Shown here piece after piece: positions 33,040-41,304 of a stretch of DNA of 46,652 bases (the first letter of the stretch is position 1; each line of letters opens with the position of its first letter). A program made the translations under genes and the position numbers. Source of the stretch: Candidatus Giovannonibacteria bacterium RIFCSPHIGHO2_02_FULL_45_13 (GTDB taxonomy: Bacteria > Patescibacteriota > Minisyncoccia > UBA11713 > 2-01-FULL-45-33); assembly GCA_001778635.1 (NCBI GenBank), contig MFHO01000001.1:1-46652 (forward strand), read 5' to 3'. The notes under the pieces are model-generated. The model had not been told where the DNA came from. It did no database searches and was given only the letters and a program-made list of their open reading frames with translations.

Positions 33040-34548
33040 CTAGCCGATTTTTTGCAAATGCAGTTTTTTGGCTAGCAAGTCCGCCAGCGGGTCAATTCCT
33101 GCCAATATTTCTTCGAAAGACGACTCCTGCCCCCAGTAGCGGTATAGTTCAAATTCGGCCGTTTCTTCAAACATCGCCGCTAAAAAATTTAAAAGCTCCG
33201 CCTCACTATAATTAAAGTTTTCAAGCTGGGTTTTAACCAGGTTCGGCAAGTCTTCAAGCGCCCGGCAGTTTTTAACGAACGAGAGTTTATTGTAAAAAAC
33301 ATCGCCGCAAGTGATGACCGGTTTTTTTAACAGCATCGCTTCCCAGGCCGCCGTGCTTATTATAGTAATGACAATTTTTGACATTTTTGAAAGCTCAAAG
33401 CTCGTCACCCGCGGATTTATAAACTTAACATTGGGGATTTTTTTCAGTTCTTTATAGTATGAGCGCGGCCGGTAATTTGCCATCGTCGGGTGATCTTTGA
33501 CGTATAGCTTAAACCCCGCAGGCAACGAACGCGCTATTTTGTCCGCCAGATATATTTGGTTATCCATGAAAGGCGATTGCAAAAGTATAGACACATCCGG
33601 CTCTGAATGCATCGGGAAGAACGCGAAATTTTCTTTGGCATCAATTTTGTCGTAAAGATCATCGTAGCCGATAAGACCCCTTATTTTTCTTTTTGCTCTG
33701 TCGATCAACCATTCCGACGGGCGTATAAACGAATAATCCTCCGCCGATTCGCCGGCGAACCGCTGTAGCAGTAATTTGGAGAGAAATTTTAACGATTTGT
33801 ACAGATTGCCGGGCATTAAGAACTTGAGCTGTTTTGGTCTGGCAATTTGTTGGCGTTCCGGGGTGGCGGTTTCATAATAAACTGCCGGCTTTACTCTAAA
33901 ATCACGCAGAAATTTTTCAGCCTTAGCAAAATATGGGTTGTTTTTGTCGGGGCTTGCGACATTTCGCGCAAACGCTTTTTCTACTTCGGGAAACCTTTTA
34001 TGTTCTTCGCTTAAAATGTGAGCATTTTTTATTCCGAACGGCATAAGAGTTAACACGCGAATGCCTTTTTTTTTGGCAACATGATAAAGCAGAAGGGAAC
34101 CGACCGCACCCATAAATCTTATAAAAATAAAATCCGGCTTTTCTTTCTCCAAAAATTCCAAAACGGCTTTTGTTTTGACCTGAAGAATCTTCAGCATCTC
34201 TTCATGGCTGTATTTGGGCGTATTATAAGGATATTCCCGCACAAGCTGATTGAATCTTACTATGCGGTCAACGCAGATATACGGCCATAAATTAGGCAAG
34301 CCGTAATCTTTTTCGATTTGTTTTAAAAAATCGTAATCCAATTCGGCGCTTTTATAGTTATTGTGCAGTTCCTCGTCAAACAAAAGCGCGGAATAGTTTA
34401 TGTCTTTTTGCGATTTTAAAAAATTATAAGCAGGGCGCGTGTATACGTACGCGCAAAAATCCGTAACGCCATATTTTTTTTTCAGAGCCACGGCCAGCGC
34501 GTGCGTCACATACGTGAAAGAGCGCTGGTGCAAAAAACAAGCCTTCAT
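33040..34548 (-). CDS. Capsule_synth (KpsS/KpsC-like) family glycosyltransferase; candidate ulosonic-acid transferase
   Basis: FFPMHSEPDVSIL...LYVKDHPTMA...ITIISTAAWEAMLLKKPVITCGDVFYN matches the general KpsS/KpsC/LipB pattern (LQ..D.q...vKpHP...nStvg.EAl..gkPV...G...Y). I preferred the start at 34548 because the longer 34602 start overlaps neuB. Family call is by eye. Confidence 0.45.
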   Translation of the reverse strand: MKACFLHQRSFTYVTHALAVALKKKYGVTDFCAYVYTRPAYNFLKSQKDINYSALLFDEELHNNYKSAELDYDFLKQIEKDYGLPNLWPYICVDRIVRFNQLVREYPYNTPKYSHEEMLKILQVKTKAVLEFLEKEKPDFIFIRFMGAVGSLLLYHVAKKKGIRVLTLMPFGIKNAHILSEEHKRFPEVEKAFARNVASPDKNNPYFAKAEKFLRDFRVKPAVYYETATPERQQIARPKQLKFLMPGNLYKSLKFLSKLLLQRFAGESAEDYSFIRPSEWLIDRAKRKIRGLIGYDDLYDKIDAKENFAFFPMHSEPDVSILLQSPFMDNQIYLADKIARSLPAGFKLYVKDHPTMANYRPRSYYKELKKIPNVKFINPRVTSFELSKMSKIVITIISTAAWEAMLLKKPVITCGDVFYNKLSFVKNCRALEDLPNLVKTQLENFNYSEAELLNFLAAMFEETAEFELYRYWGQESSFEEILAGIDPLADLLAKKLHLQKIG

Positions 34549-34554
34549 TACTAT

Positions 34555-34583
34555 TTGAAACGCGCAGCCGCCTGAAAAGTTAT
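34555..34583 (+). promoter_or_regulatory. Promoter-like TTGAAA-N17-AGTTAT abutting the neuB start codons
   Basis: -35 at 34555-34560 and -10 at 34578-34583. ATGs lie at 34584 and 34590. The second ATG is about 7 nt downstream of the -10, which is leaderless-type geometry. Confidence 0.35.
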
Positions 34584-35633
34584 ATGTTAATGCGTAATAC
34601 ATTTATTCAGATAGGCGAGAGAAAGATCGGGCAAGGCTACCCGCCTTTTGTGGTCGCGGAGATTGGGATAAATCATGAAGGCGATGCGGCCAAAGCCAAA
34701 CACATGATAGAAGATGCTCATAGCGCTGGCGCGGAGTGCGTTAAGTTTCAATGCCATGTGGTTGATGATGAAATGGTGCCGATAGCCAAAGACATCATTC
34801 CATCGCATACAACAGAGTCCATTTGGGACATAATGGCGCGATGCGCGCTTAACGAAAGGCAGGAAAGGGAACTAAAGGCGTATACGGAAAAACTTGGCAT
34901 GATATACCTTTCAACGCCTTTTTCGCGCGCGGCTGCGGACAGGCTGGCAAGCATGGGCGTTTTGGCGTATAAAATCGGCTCCGGAGAGTGCAATAATTAT
35001 CCTTTGGTTGAACACATTGCTTCTTTTCGCAAGCCGGTTATTTTAAGCACGGGCATGAATGATATAAAATCTATCGGAAAAAGCGTTGAAATTTTAAGAA
35101 AACACAAGGTCCCTTTTGCGTTAATGCACTGCGTATCGATGTACCCCACTCCATACGACAAGGTTCGTTTGGGCGCGCTGGATGATCTGAAGAAAAATTT
35201 CCCGGATGCCGTAATCGGACTCTCCGATCACTCATTGGGGGGTTATACAGCTCTTGCGGCCGTGGCTCTCGGCGCCTCAATTTTAGAAAAGCATTTTACT
35301 TCCGATAAAGCTTGGCCGGGACCGGACATTGCGATATCGCTTGATCCAAAAGAATTGGGAGATCTTGTTAAAGGGTCGCGCGCGATTTATCGTGCGGTTG
35401 GCGGCACGAAAGAAATTTTAAAGGAAGAGCAGCCGGTTATTGATTTTGCCTATGCTTGCGTGGTAACGACAAAAGACATAAAGATGGGGGACGTATTTAA
35501 TGCTGGCAATCTTTGGGTTAAACGCCCGGGCACGGGCGAGATTAAGGCCGCGGAATACAATTCTGTTTTGGATAGAACTGCGAGTAGAAATATTAAAAAA
35601 GACGTTCAGCTGAAACACAGCGACATTATTTAA
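34584..35633 (+). CDS. neuB: Nonulosonic acid synthase (N-acetylneuraminate/legionaminate synthase family, with C-terminal SAF domain)
   Basis: PPFVVAEIGINHEGD, AGAECVKFQ, YLSTPFS, AYKIGSGECNNYPL, ILSTGM, SDHS. The C-terminus has a SAF-like LWVKRPGTG. Confidence 0.92.
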   Translation: MLMRNTFIQIGERKIGQGYPPFVVAEIGINHEGDAAKAKHMIEDAHSAGAECVKFQCHVVDDEMVPIAKDIIPSHTTESIWDIMARCALNERQERELKAYTEKLGMIYLSTPFSRAAADRLASMGVLAYKIGSGECNNYPLVEHIASFRKPVILSTGMNDIKSIGKSVEILRKHKVPFALMHCVSMYPTPYDKVRLGALDDLKKNFPDAVIGLSDHSLGGYTALAAVALGASILEKHFTSDKAWPGPDIAISLDPKELGDLVKGSRAIYRAVGGTKEILKEEQPVIDFAYACVVTTKDIKMGDVFNAGNLWVKRPGTGEIKAAEYNSVLDRTASRNIKKDVQLKHSDII

Positions 35634-35641
35634 ACAGAAAA

Positions 35642-36793
35642 ATGAAAAAAAGAAGAATCCTGTTTATAACGGAGCGGCGCGCGGACTACAGCAGGCTAAA
35701 ACCCATTATACGGCTGGTTCAAAAAAGCAAGAAATTGGAAATGCGTCTTTTGGTTGCGGGCGCACATCTTTTAAGGGGGCTTGGCGAAACCGGAAGGATA
35801 ATAGCAAAAGACGGATTTAAAATTGACGCAGTTTTGCCGATGTTCAGCGAAAACGATCGCGATGACGGAACGGCTATGGTTGCCGGAATGGGGCGCGCGC
35901 TTGTCGGGATGGCGGATATCATTCCAAAACTAAAGCCCGATATAATATTTTGCGGGTTTGATTTGGGCGCGCATCTCGCGGCCGCAATCGCCGGAATGCA
36001 TCTTAATATTCATGTGGCGCATATTCAGGGTGGGGAGGTGAGCGGAACCGTTGACGAGGTGTTAAGACACGCCATTACTAAATTTGCGCATATGCATTTC
36101 GTTGCCACTCCGGCCAGCGCGAAAAGGATAGTTAAATTGGGGGAGGACCCTAAATATGTTTTTTTGGTGGGCAGCCCGAGCCTTGACAGCATTCGCAGTG
36201 TAAAGTATTTTCCCAAAGAAATTATAGCTGAAAAATACGGTTTTGATCCGCGCAAAAAATTAATTATTTTTGCGCAACACCCGGTAACCACCGAGGAGGG
36301 GGCGGTGTTAAAACAGATCTTCGCCAGCATAGAGGCCGTGAAATACATAGTTAAAAAATATGACGCGGATGCTTTGGCGATATATTCAAACAGCGACGCC
36401 GGCGGCAGGCGCATTATAAACCGCTTGCTGAAATCCGGAATAAAAGTTTTTCCGCACATAGTTTATGAAGATTTTCTCCGGCTTCTTAATGTTGCCGACG
36501 CGCTGGTTGGAAATTCAAGCACTGGCATTCACGAGGCCCCCTCATTCGGACTCCCGACCGTAAACATAGGAACAAGGCAGCAGCTGCGGGAACGCGGGCA
36601 AAACATCATAGATGTTCCTAACGAAAAAACCGCAATAATTAAAGCAATTGAAAAATCTTTTTTTGATAAAATTTTTATTAGCAAAGTAAAATCTGGGAGA
36701 AACCCGTATGATCAGGGAAATACTGCGATGAAGGTTGTTAAAATTTTAGAAACGATAAAACTGCCGAATGTTCAAAAAGTAATCACTTATTGA
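35642..36793 (+). CDS. neuC: UDP-N-acetylglucosamine 2-epimerase (hydrolysing), NeuC/LegG family
   Basis: ERRADYSRLKPI, HIQGGEVSGTVDEVLRHAITKFAHMHF, NSSTGIHEAPSFGLPTVNIGTRQ. Confidence 0.9.
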   Translation: MKKRRILFITERRADYSRLKPIIRLVQKSKKLEMRLLVAGAHLLRGLGETGRIIAKDGFKIDAVLPMFSENDRDDGTAMVAGMGRALVGMADIIPKLKPDIIFCGFDLGAHLAAAIAGMHLNIHVAHIQGGEVSGTVDEVLRHAITKFAHMHFVATPASAKRIVKLGEDPKYVFLVGSPSLDSIRSVKYFPKEIIAEKYGFDPRKKLIIFAQHPVTTEEGAVLKQIFASIEAVKYIVKKYDADALAIYSNSDAGGRRIINRLLKSGIKVFPHIVYEDFLRLLNVADALVGNSSTGIHEAPSFGLPTVNIGTRQQLRERGQNIIDVPNEKTAIIKAIEKSFFDKIFISKVKSGRNPYDQGNTAMKVVKILETIKLPNVQKVITY

Positions 36794-36796
36794 TTC

Positions 36797-37666
36797 ATGA
36801 GAATACTTCTTATCGGCGGCACGGGGTTCATCGGCGAATATGTAACCAAAGAACTCGCGCGGCTGCACCACAAAGTTTATGTTGTCCACAAGTCTCCGTT
36901 GAAGGCCAAAAACAAGTTTGGGGGAGTGAGGTATTTCCGCACAGATCTTAATTTGCAAAATCCGCAGCTTAAACGCATTTTTAAGAGGGTGGATGTTTTG
37001 GTCACTTTAATACAGCCGGATTTGAGGCAGATGAAGAATGTTATTTTGGCGGCGCGCGGCGCAAAAGAGCTAAAAAAGATTGTTTATTTGTCAACCCTGC
37101 TTTTGTATCCGGACTCCGCTTCTCCGCAGAAAGAGACCGCTGCGCCAAAGCCGGTAACGCAGTACGAACGGAAAAAATACAAAGAGGAGTCTATGATCTC
37201 GCGTTTTGCAAAAAAAGAAAATTATCCGCTTACGGTGTTGAGGGTGGCGACTGTTTACGGAGACGTAAAAAATAAGGGAATCGTCAATCGTGTTTTTCTT
37301 TCTTTGATTCGCAGGGACGATTTGACTATACGCGGCGGGAGAAGCAATCTAAAGATGAGAGATTATATTTTTGTGGAGGACGCCGCCAAATTAATAGCAT
37401 TTTTTATCTTAAGCAAGCAAAAAAAACCGCTGGAGGTGATAAATATTTCCACCGGCCGCGGATACTCCGTTCACGACTTGGTCGGCAGAATAGAGGCGAT
37501 TACCGGCGGAAAAGCGGAGTTTAAAACGGGCAAACCGATTTCGGACAAAAACATCAATATCGGCGATAATAAAAAAATGAAGGCATTGTCTCAGTATAAA
37601 TTCAAGCATAATTTGACGACGGGCCTTAAAAAAACTTACAAAAATTATTTAAAAATTTATTCATGA
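36797..37666 (+). CDS. NAD(P)-dependent epimerase/reductase (SDR family)
   Basis: MRILLIGGTGFIGEYV Rossmann motif, 289 aa. Confidence 0.7.
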   Translation: MRILLIGGTGFIGEYVTKELARLHHKVYVVHKSPLKAKNKFGGVRYFRTDLNLQNPQLKRIFKRVDVLVTLIQPDLRQMKNVILAARGAKELKKIVYLSTLLLYPDSASPQKETAAPKPVTQYERKKYKEESMISRFAKKENYPLTVLRVATVYGDVKNKGIVNRVFLSLIRRDDLTIRGGRSNLKMRDYIFVEDAAKLIAFFILSKQKKPLEVINISTGRGYSVHDLVGRIEAITGGKAEFKTGKPISDKNINIGDNKKMKALSQYKFKHNLTTGLKKTYKNYLKIYS

Positions 37667-38622
37667 CAAAGAATTTATCCGCGTGCATTATTTGCGGTTC
37701 CGAAAACCGCAAAGTTTTAAGGAAAAAGATAAGATACGGCATAAGGCGCAAAGTCCTTCAGTGCGTGCGCTGTTCTTTAATTTTCTTGGAGCCCTTGGCA
37801 GGCGTTTCAGCGGCCTATTACAGAAGCAACAAATACAGGGCTTTACACGGGCCAGATTTAAAAAAACAATCTTCTCCGCGCGAAATTTTCAATACATACC
37901 TGCCCTTTCAAAAACCGATTATACAAAAACTTGAACCAATTTTAAGGCCGAACATGAAAGTTTTGGACGTGGGCTGTTCAACTGGCCACTTTTTGGAGGC
38001 TCTTCGCGGAAGGGTTAAAACCAGAGTCGGCATTGAATTAGACGAAGCCGCCGTAAAATTTATAAAAAGGAATTTAAATTTCAAGGTTTATTCGGAGCCG
38101 ATAGAGCGGGTGAATATGGCCGAAGGTCCGTTTGATTTAATTACGGCTCTGCAGGTTTTGGAACACGTCCCCGACCCTTTTGGTTTTCTGTCCGGAATTG
38201 CGAAAAATTTAAAACCGAACGGCTATTTGTATTTGGAACTCCCAAACGTTTCCGACGTTCTGCTGACTGTTTTCAAAGTGAAAGAGTACGAAGATTTTTA
38301 CTACCGCGAGCCGCATGTTTATTACTATTCAAAAGACACACTCGGCGCTTTGTTAAAAATGGCGGGGTTTGAAGGCAAGCCGGGCAATGTGCAGCGGTAT
38401 AATTTTTTAAATCATCTAAATTGGATACTTGCCGGAAAGCCGCAAAGCAATTTTAATGTTGGAAACGCCCAGCCTGTTTTGGTAAGCGCGGGAAGCGCAA
38501 GTGCGGCGATTAAAGACGATTTTAATGAATTTATTCGCGGCACCGACTCAAAATACAAGCAACTTGTGGGAAAATATAATTTGGGAGAAAATTTAACCTT
38601 TCTCGGGCGTAAGAAGTTATAA
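37663..38622 (+). CDS. Class I SAM-dependent methyltransferase with N-terminal CxxC...CxxC zinc ribbon
   Basis: CIICGS...CVRCS, VLDVGCSTGHF, ALQVLEHVPDP, LKPNGYLYLELPN. ATGA overlap with the upstream gene. Confidence 0.75.
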   Translation: MTKNLSACIICGSENRKVLRKKIRYGIRRKVLQCVRCSLIFLEPLAGVSAAYYRSNKYRALHGPDLKKQSSPREIFNTYLPFQKPIIQKLEPILRPNMKVLDVGCSTGHFLEALRGRVKTRVGIELDEAAVKFIKRNLNFKVYSEPIERVNMAEGPFDLITALQVLEHVPDPFGFLSGIAKNLKPNGYLYLELPNVSDVLLTVFKVKEYEDFYYREPHVYYYSKDTLGALLKMAGFEGKPGNVQRYNFLNHLNWILAGKPQSNFNVGNAQPVLVSAGSASAAIKDDFNEFIRGTDSKYKQLVGKYNLGENLTFLGRKKL

Positions 38623-38626
38623 TGTT

Positions 38627-39373
38627 ATGAAAACGCGCGATACAAAGAAAAAAGAGCTTTTAGCCATTATCCCGGCCAGAGCCGGCTCTACCCGCGTGCC
38701 AAATAAGAATATTCGGCCTTTTGGCGGTAAGCCGCTTATTGCTTATACTATTTTGCAGGCCAGAGAAAATCCGTTTATTGACAGAGTGATTGTTGACACG
38801 GATTCGCCGAAAATTGCGGCGATAGCAAAAAAATACGGAGCCGAGGTTCCTTATTTGCGTCCGAAGCGGCTTGCCACATGCAGCGCCAGCGTAAACGACG
38901 CTATCTTGCTTTTGCTTCAGAGACTGGAAAGGGATGAGAATTACAAGCCAACCCATTTCATACTTTTGCAAACGACTTCGCCTTTGCGGGAACACGGAGA
39001 CATCCAAGCTTGTTGGGATTTAATGAACAGCACCGATGCCACGACAGTGCTGACTATTATGCAGACGAATCCGCGTTTTTATCATTTGGATTCAAAACAA
39101 AACATTATTTTAGTGAATCGCCCCAAAGGAGGCGCGTTCAGCCCGAACACGCAGGACTGGCGGCCGGGCTATGTTTTGAACGGCTGCTTCGTGTATATCG
39201 TAAAAACGCCGGCTTTTTTGAAAGAAAAAAATGTTTACACAAAAAATACGAAAGCCGTGGTGTGCGACAGATGGCGTTCCGTGGATATAGACTATCCGGA
39301 AGATTTCGCGCTTGCGGAATATCTTTACAAAAACAAAAGCAAATTAGCTCGGCGCATACAAAATTTTAAATAG
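38627..39373 (+). CDS. neuA: Acylneuraminate (nonulosonate) cytidylyltransferase
   Basis: LAIIPARAGSTRVPNKNIRPFGGKPLIAYTI, VDTDSPKIA, LLQTTSPLR. Confidence 0.9.
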   Translation: MKTRDTKKKELLAIIPARAGSTRVPNKNIRPFGGKPLIAYTILQARENPFIDRVIVDTDSPKIAAIAKKYGAEVPYLRPKRLATCSASVNDAILLLLQRLERDENYKPTHFILLQTTSPLREHGDIQACWDLMNSTDATTVLTIMQTNPRFYHLDSKQNIILVNRPKGGAFSPNTQDWRPGYVLNGCFVYIVKTPAFLKEKNVYTKNTKAVVCDRWRSVDIDYPEDFALAEYLYKNKSKLARRIQNFK

Positions 39374-39380
39374 GATTTTT

Positions 39381-40319
39381 ATGAAGACCGCGATTGTCGG
39401 ATTCGGCTCCATCGGACAAAGGCATTACAAAAATTTAAGCGGACTGGCGAAGAACATTGTTGTTTTTTCCAAAAGGACCGATGTTGTTTTGCCGTTTCAG
39501 GTCAGAAGTTGGCGAGATTTTTATAAAAATGGGCCTTACGACGGAATAATTATCGCCAACGAGACCTCAAAACACATAAGCGCTTTGAAAAAATGTATGC
39601 GCATGACAAAAAATATTTTCATGGAAAAGCCGCTTTCTAATAATGCTAGCGGTTTAAATGATGTTGCCAGCGGCTTGAAAAGAAAAAAAATAAATATTTG
39701 GGTCGGATATAATTGGCATTTTTCAAAGACGCTTTTGAAAATTAAGAGCATTCTTCGGCAAAAAAAGCTCGGCCGCGTTTATTATATGCGCGTTTCCGTT
39801 GGGCAGGATTTGAGAGGATGGCGGCCTGGACGGGATTACAGCAAAATTTATTCAGCAAAGAAAAAGCTTGGCGGCGGCGTGATTCTGGATTTGGTGCATG
39901 ATATAAATTACCCGGCTTGGCTTTTGGACGATGTTTTGATTCCGCAGATATCGTACGTCAGAAAAATATCCAATCTTAAGATAGATACGGAGGATTTTGC
40001 CGAAAGCGTATTTATCGGCAAAAAGACCGGCGCGATAGTGTCGGTGCACCAGGATTATTTGCGAACTCAAGGAAAAAGATCGCTGGAAATCGCCGGGAGC
40101 AAAGGAAGTTTGGTTTGGGATTCCTTAAGCCAAGAGATTGTTTTGGAAACTCCTAAAAAAACAACCAAAGCGCGCGTTCCGGAAGAGCGCAATAAGATGT
40201 ATGAGAAAGAAATTAAATTTTTCTTGGATCAAATAAGGCGCGGCAAACGTTTTTCTAATATCAGCGAGGCGATCCGCGACATAAAAAATATTGAATGGTT
40301 AAAAAAATATGGCAGATAA
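39381..40319 (+). CDS. Gfo/Idh/MocA-family oxidoreductase
   Basis: MKTAIVGFGSIGQRHYKNL Rossmann N-terminus and the FMEKPLS (EKP) motif. Confidence 0.75.
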   Translation: MKTAIVGFGSIGQRHYKNLSGLAKNIVVFSKRTDVVLPFQVRSWRDFYKNGPYDGIIIANETSKHISALKKCMRMTKNIFMEKPLSNNASGLNDVASGLKRKKINIWVGYNWHFSKTLLKIKSILRQKKLGRVYYMRVSVGQDLRGWRPGRDYSKIYSAKKKLGGGVILDLVHDINYPAWLLDDVLIPQISYVRKISNLKIDTEDFAESVFIGKKTGAIVSVHQDYLRTQGKRSLEIAGSKGSLVWDSLSQEIVLETPKKTTKARVPEERNKMYEKEIKFFLDQIRRGKRFSNISEAIRDIKNIEWLKKYGR

Positions 40320-41304
40320 AAAACTTACATTTTTGCAAATCGGGCTGGGTTCCATGGGAAAGCGCCGCATACGAAATCTCAACGCCAACGGCGAAAAAAA
40401 TATTATTGGTTTTGATGTGTCTCCGGAGCGGCGCAGGGAAGTTGAGGAAAAATACGGCATAAAAACAATTGATGATTTAAAAAAACTTTCTGACAAGGAT
40501 TTTGACGCGGTAATTATTTCTACGCCGCCGAACGCCCACGGAGATTATATTAGATTTGCGCTCCGCAATAAAAAGCATTTTTTTGCGGAAGTCGCGACTT
40601 CCGATGACGGCTACAAAGACATATTGGAAAACAAAAATTTAAACATCGTGACGGCGCCGTCTTGCACCTTGCGCTATTTTTTTCCGATCAGGACCATAAA
40701 AAAAGCCGTAAATGAAGGAAAAATCGGCAAAATTTTGGCGTACCAGTACCATGTCGGGCAATATTTGCCGGATTGGCATCCGTGGGAGGATTACAGGAAG
40801 GTGTTTTTTTCCAAAAAAGAAACGGGCGCTTGCCGCGAACTTTTTCCGTTTGAGCTTTGCTGGATTAATTGGCTTGTCGGGGCGGAGGTCGCCGATGTTT
40901 CCGGTGTCTTCGGCAAAGTTTCAGATTTGGATATGGATGCGGACGATGTTTTGTTTGCGAATTTGCGCCACAAAAACAATGTTTATGGCGCTATTTTTAT
41001 TGATGCGATTTCCCGCAAACCGTTCAGGACCCTACAGCTTTTGGGAAGCGACGGCGCAATTGAATGGGAATGGCAGGACTGGGTAATAAAAATTTACGAT
41101 GCCAAAACGAAAGAAACCGAAGTTATTAAAGCGCCGAAAGAAGATCCCACTCCGGGCTACACCGTTCAGTCCGAAGGAATGCATCAAGACGAATTAAAGG
41201 CCTTTTTAGACGCGATCTACGGCCTCGCGCCGTATCCCTATACTTTTGAAGAAGACTTGCAAAATTTACAGACTCTGTATAAACTTGAGAAAAATGAGCA
41301 ATAA
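40309..41304 (+). CDS. Gfo/Idh/MocA-family oxidoreductase (second, divergent copy)
   Basis: LQIGLGSMGKRRIRNL, VIISTPPNAHGDY. The EKP position is replaced by AEVATS. Confidence 0.7.
   Translation: MADKKLTFLQIGLGSMGKRRIRNLNANGEKNIIGFDVSPERRREVEEKYGIKTIDDLKKLSDKDFDAVIISTPPNAHGDYIRFALRNKKHFFAEVATSDDGYKDILENKNLNIVTAPSCTLRYFFPIRTIKKAVNEGKIGKILAYQYHVGQYLPDWHPWEDYRKVFFSKKETGACRELFPFELCWINWLVGAEVADVSGVFGKVSDLDMDADDVLFANLRHKNNVYGAIFIDAISRKPFRTLQLLGSDGAIEWEWQDWVIKIYDAKTKETEVIKAPKEDPTPGYTVQSEGMHQDELKAFLDAIYGLAPYPYTFEEDLQNLQTLYKLEKNEQ

Noticed and set aside
34066-34482. Homopolymer tracts as phase-variation switches: T9 at 34066-34074 and 34474-34482 in the KpsS-like gene, A9 at 43702-43710 in the deacetylase, and several A8/T8 tracts elsewhere.
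   Set aside because: In this AT-rich genome they simply encode Lys or Phe runs. At 8-9 nt they sit at the lower edge of what slips at useful frequency, and there is no G/C tract. Checking read-level length variation would still be cheap.
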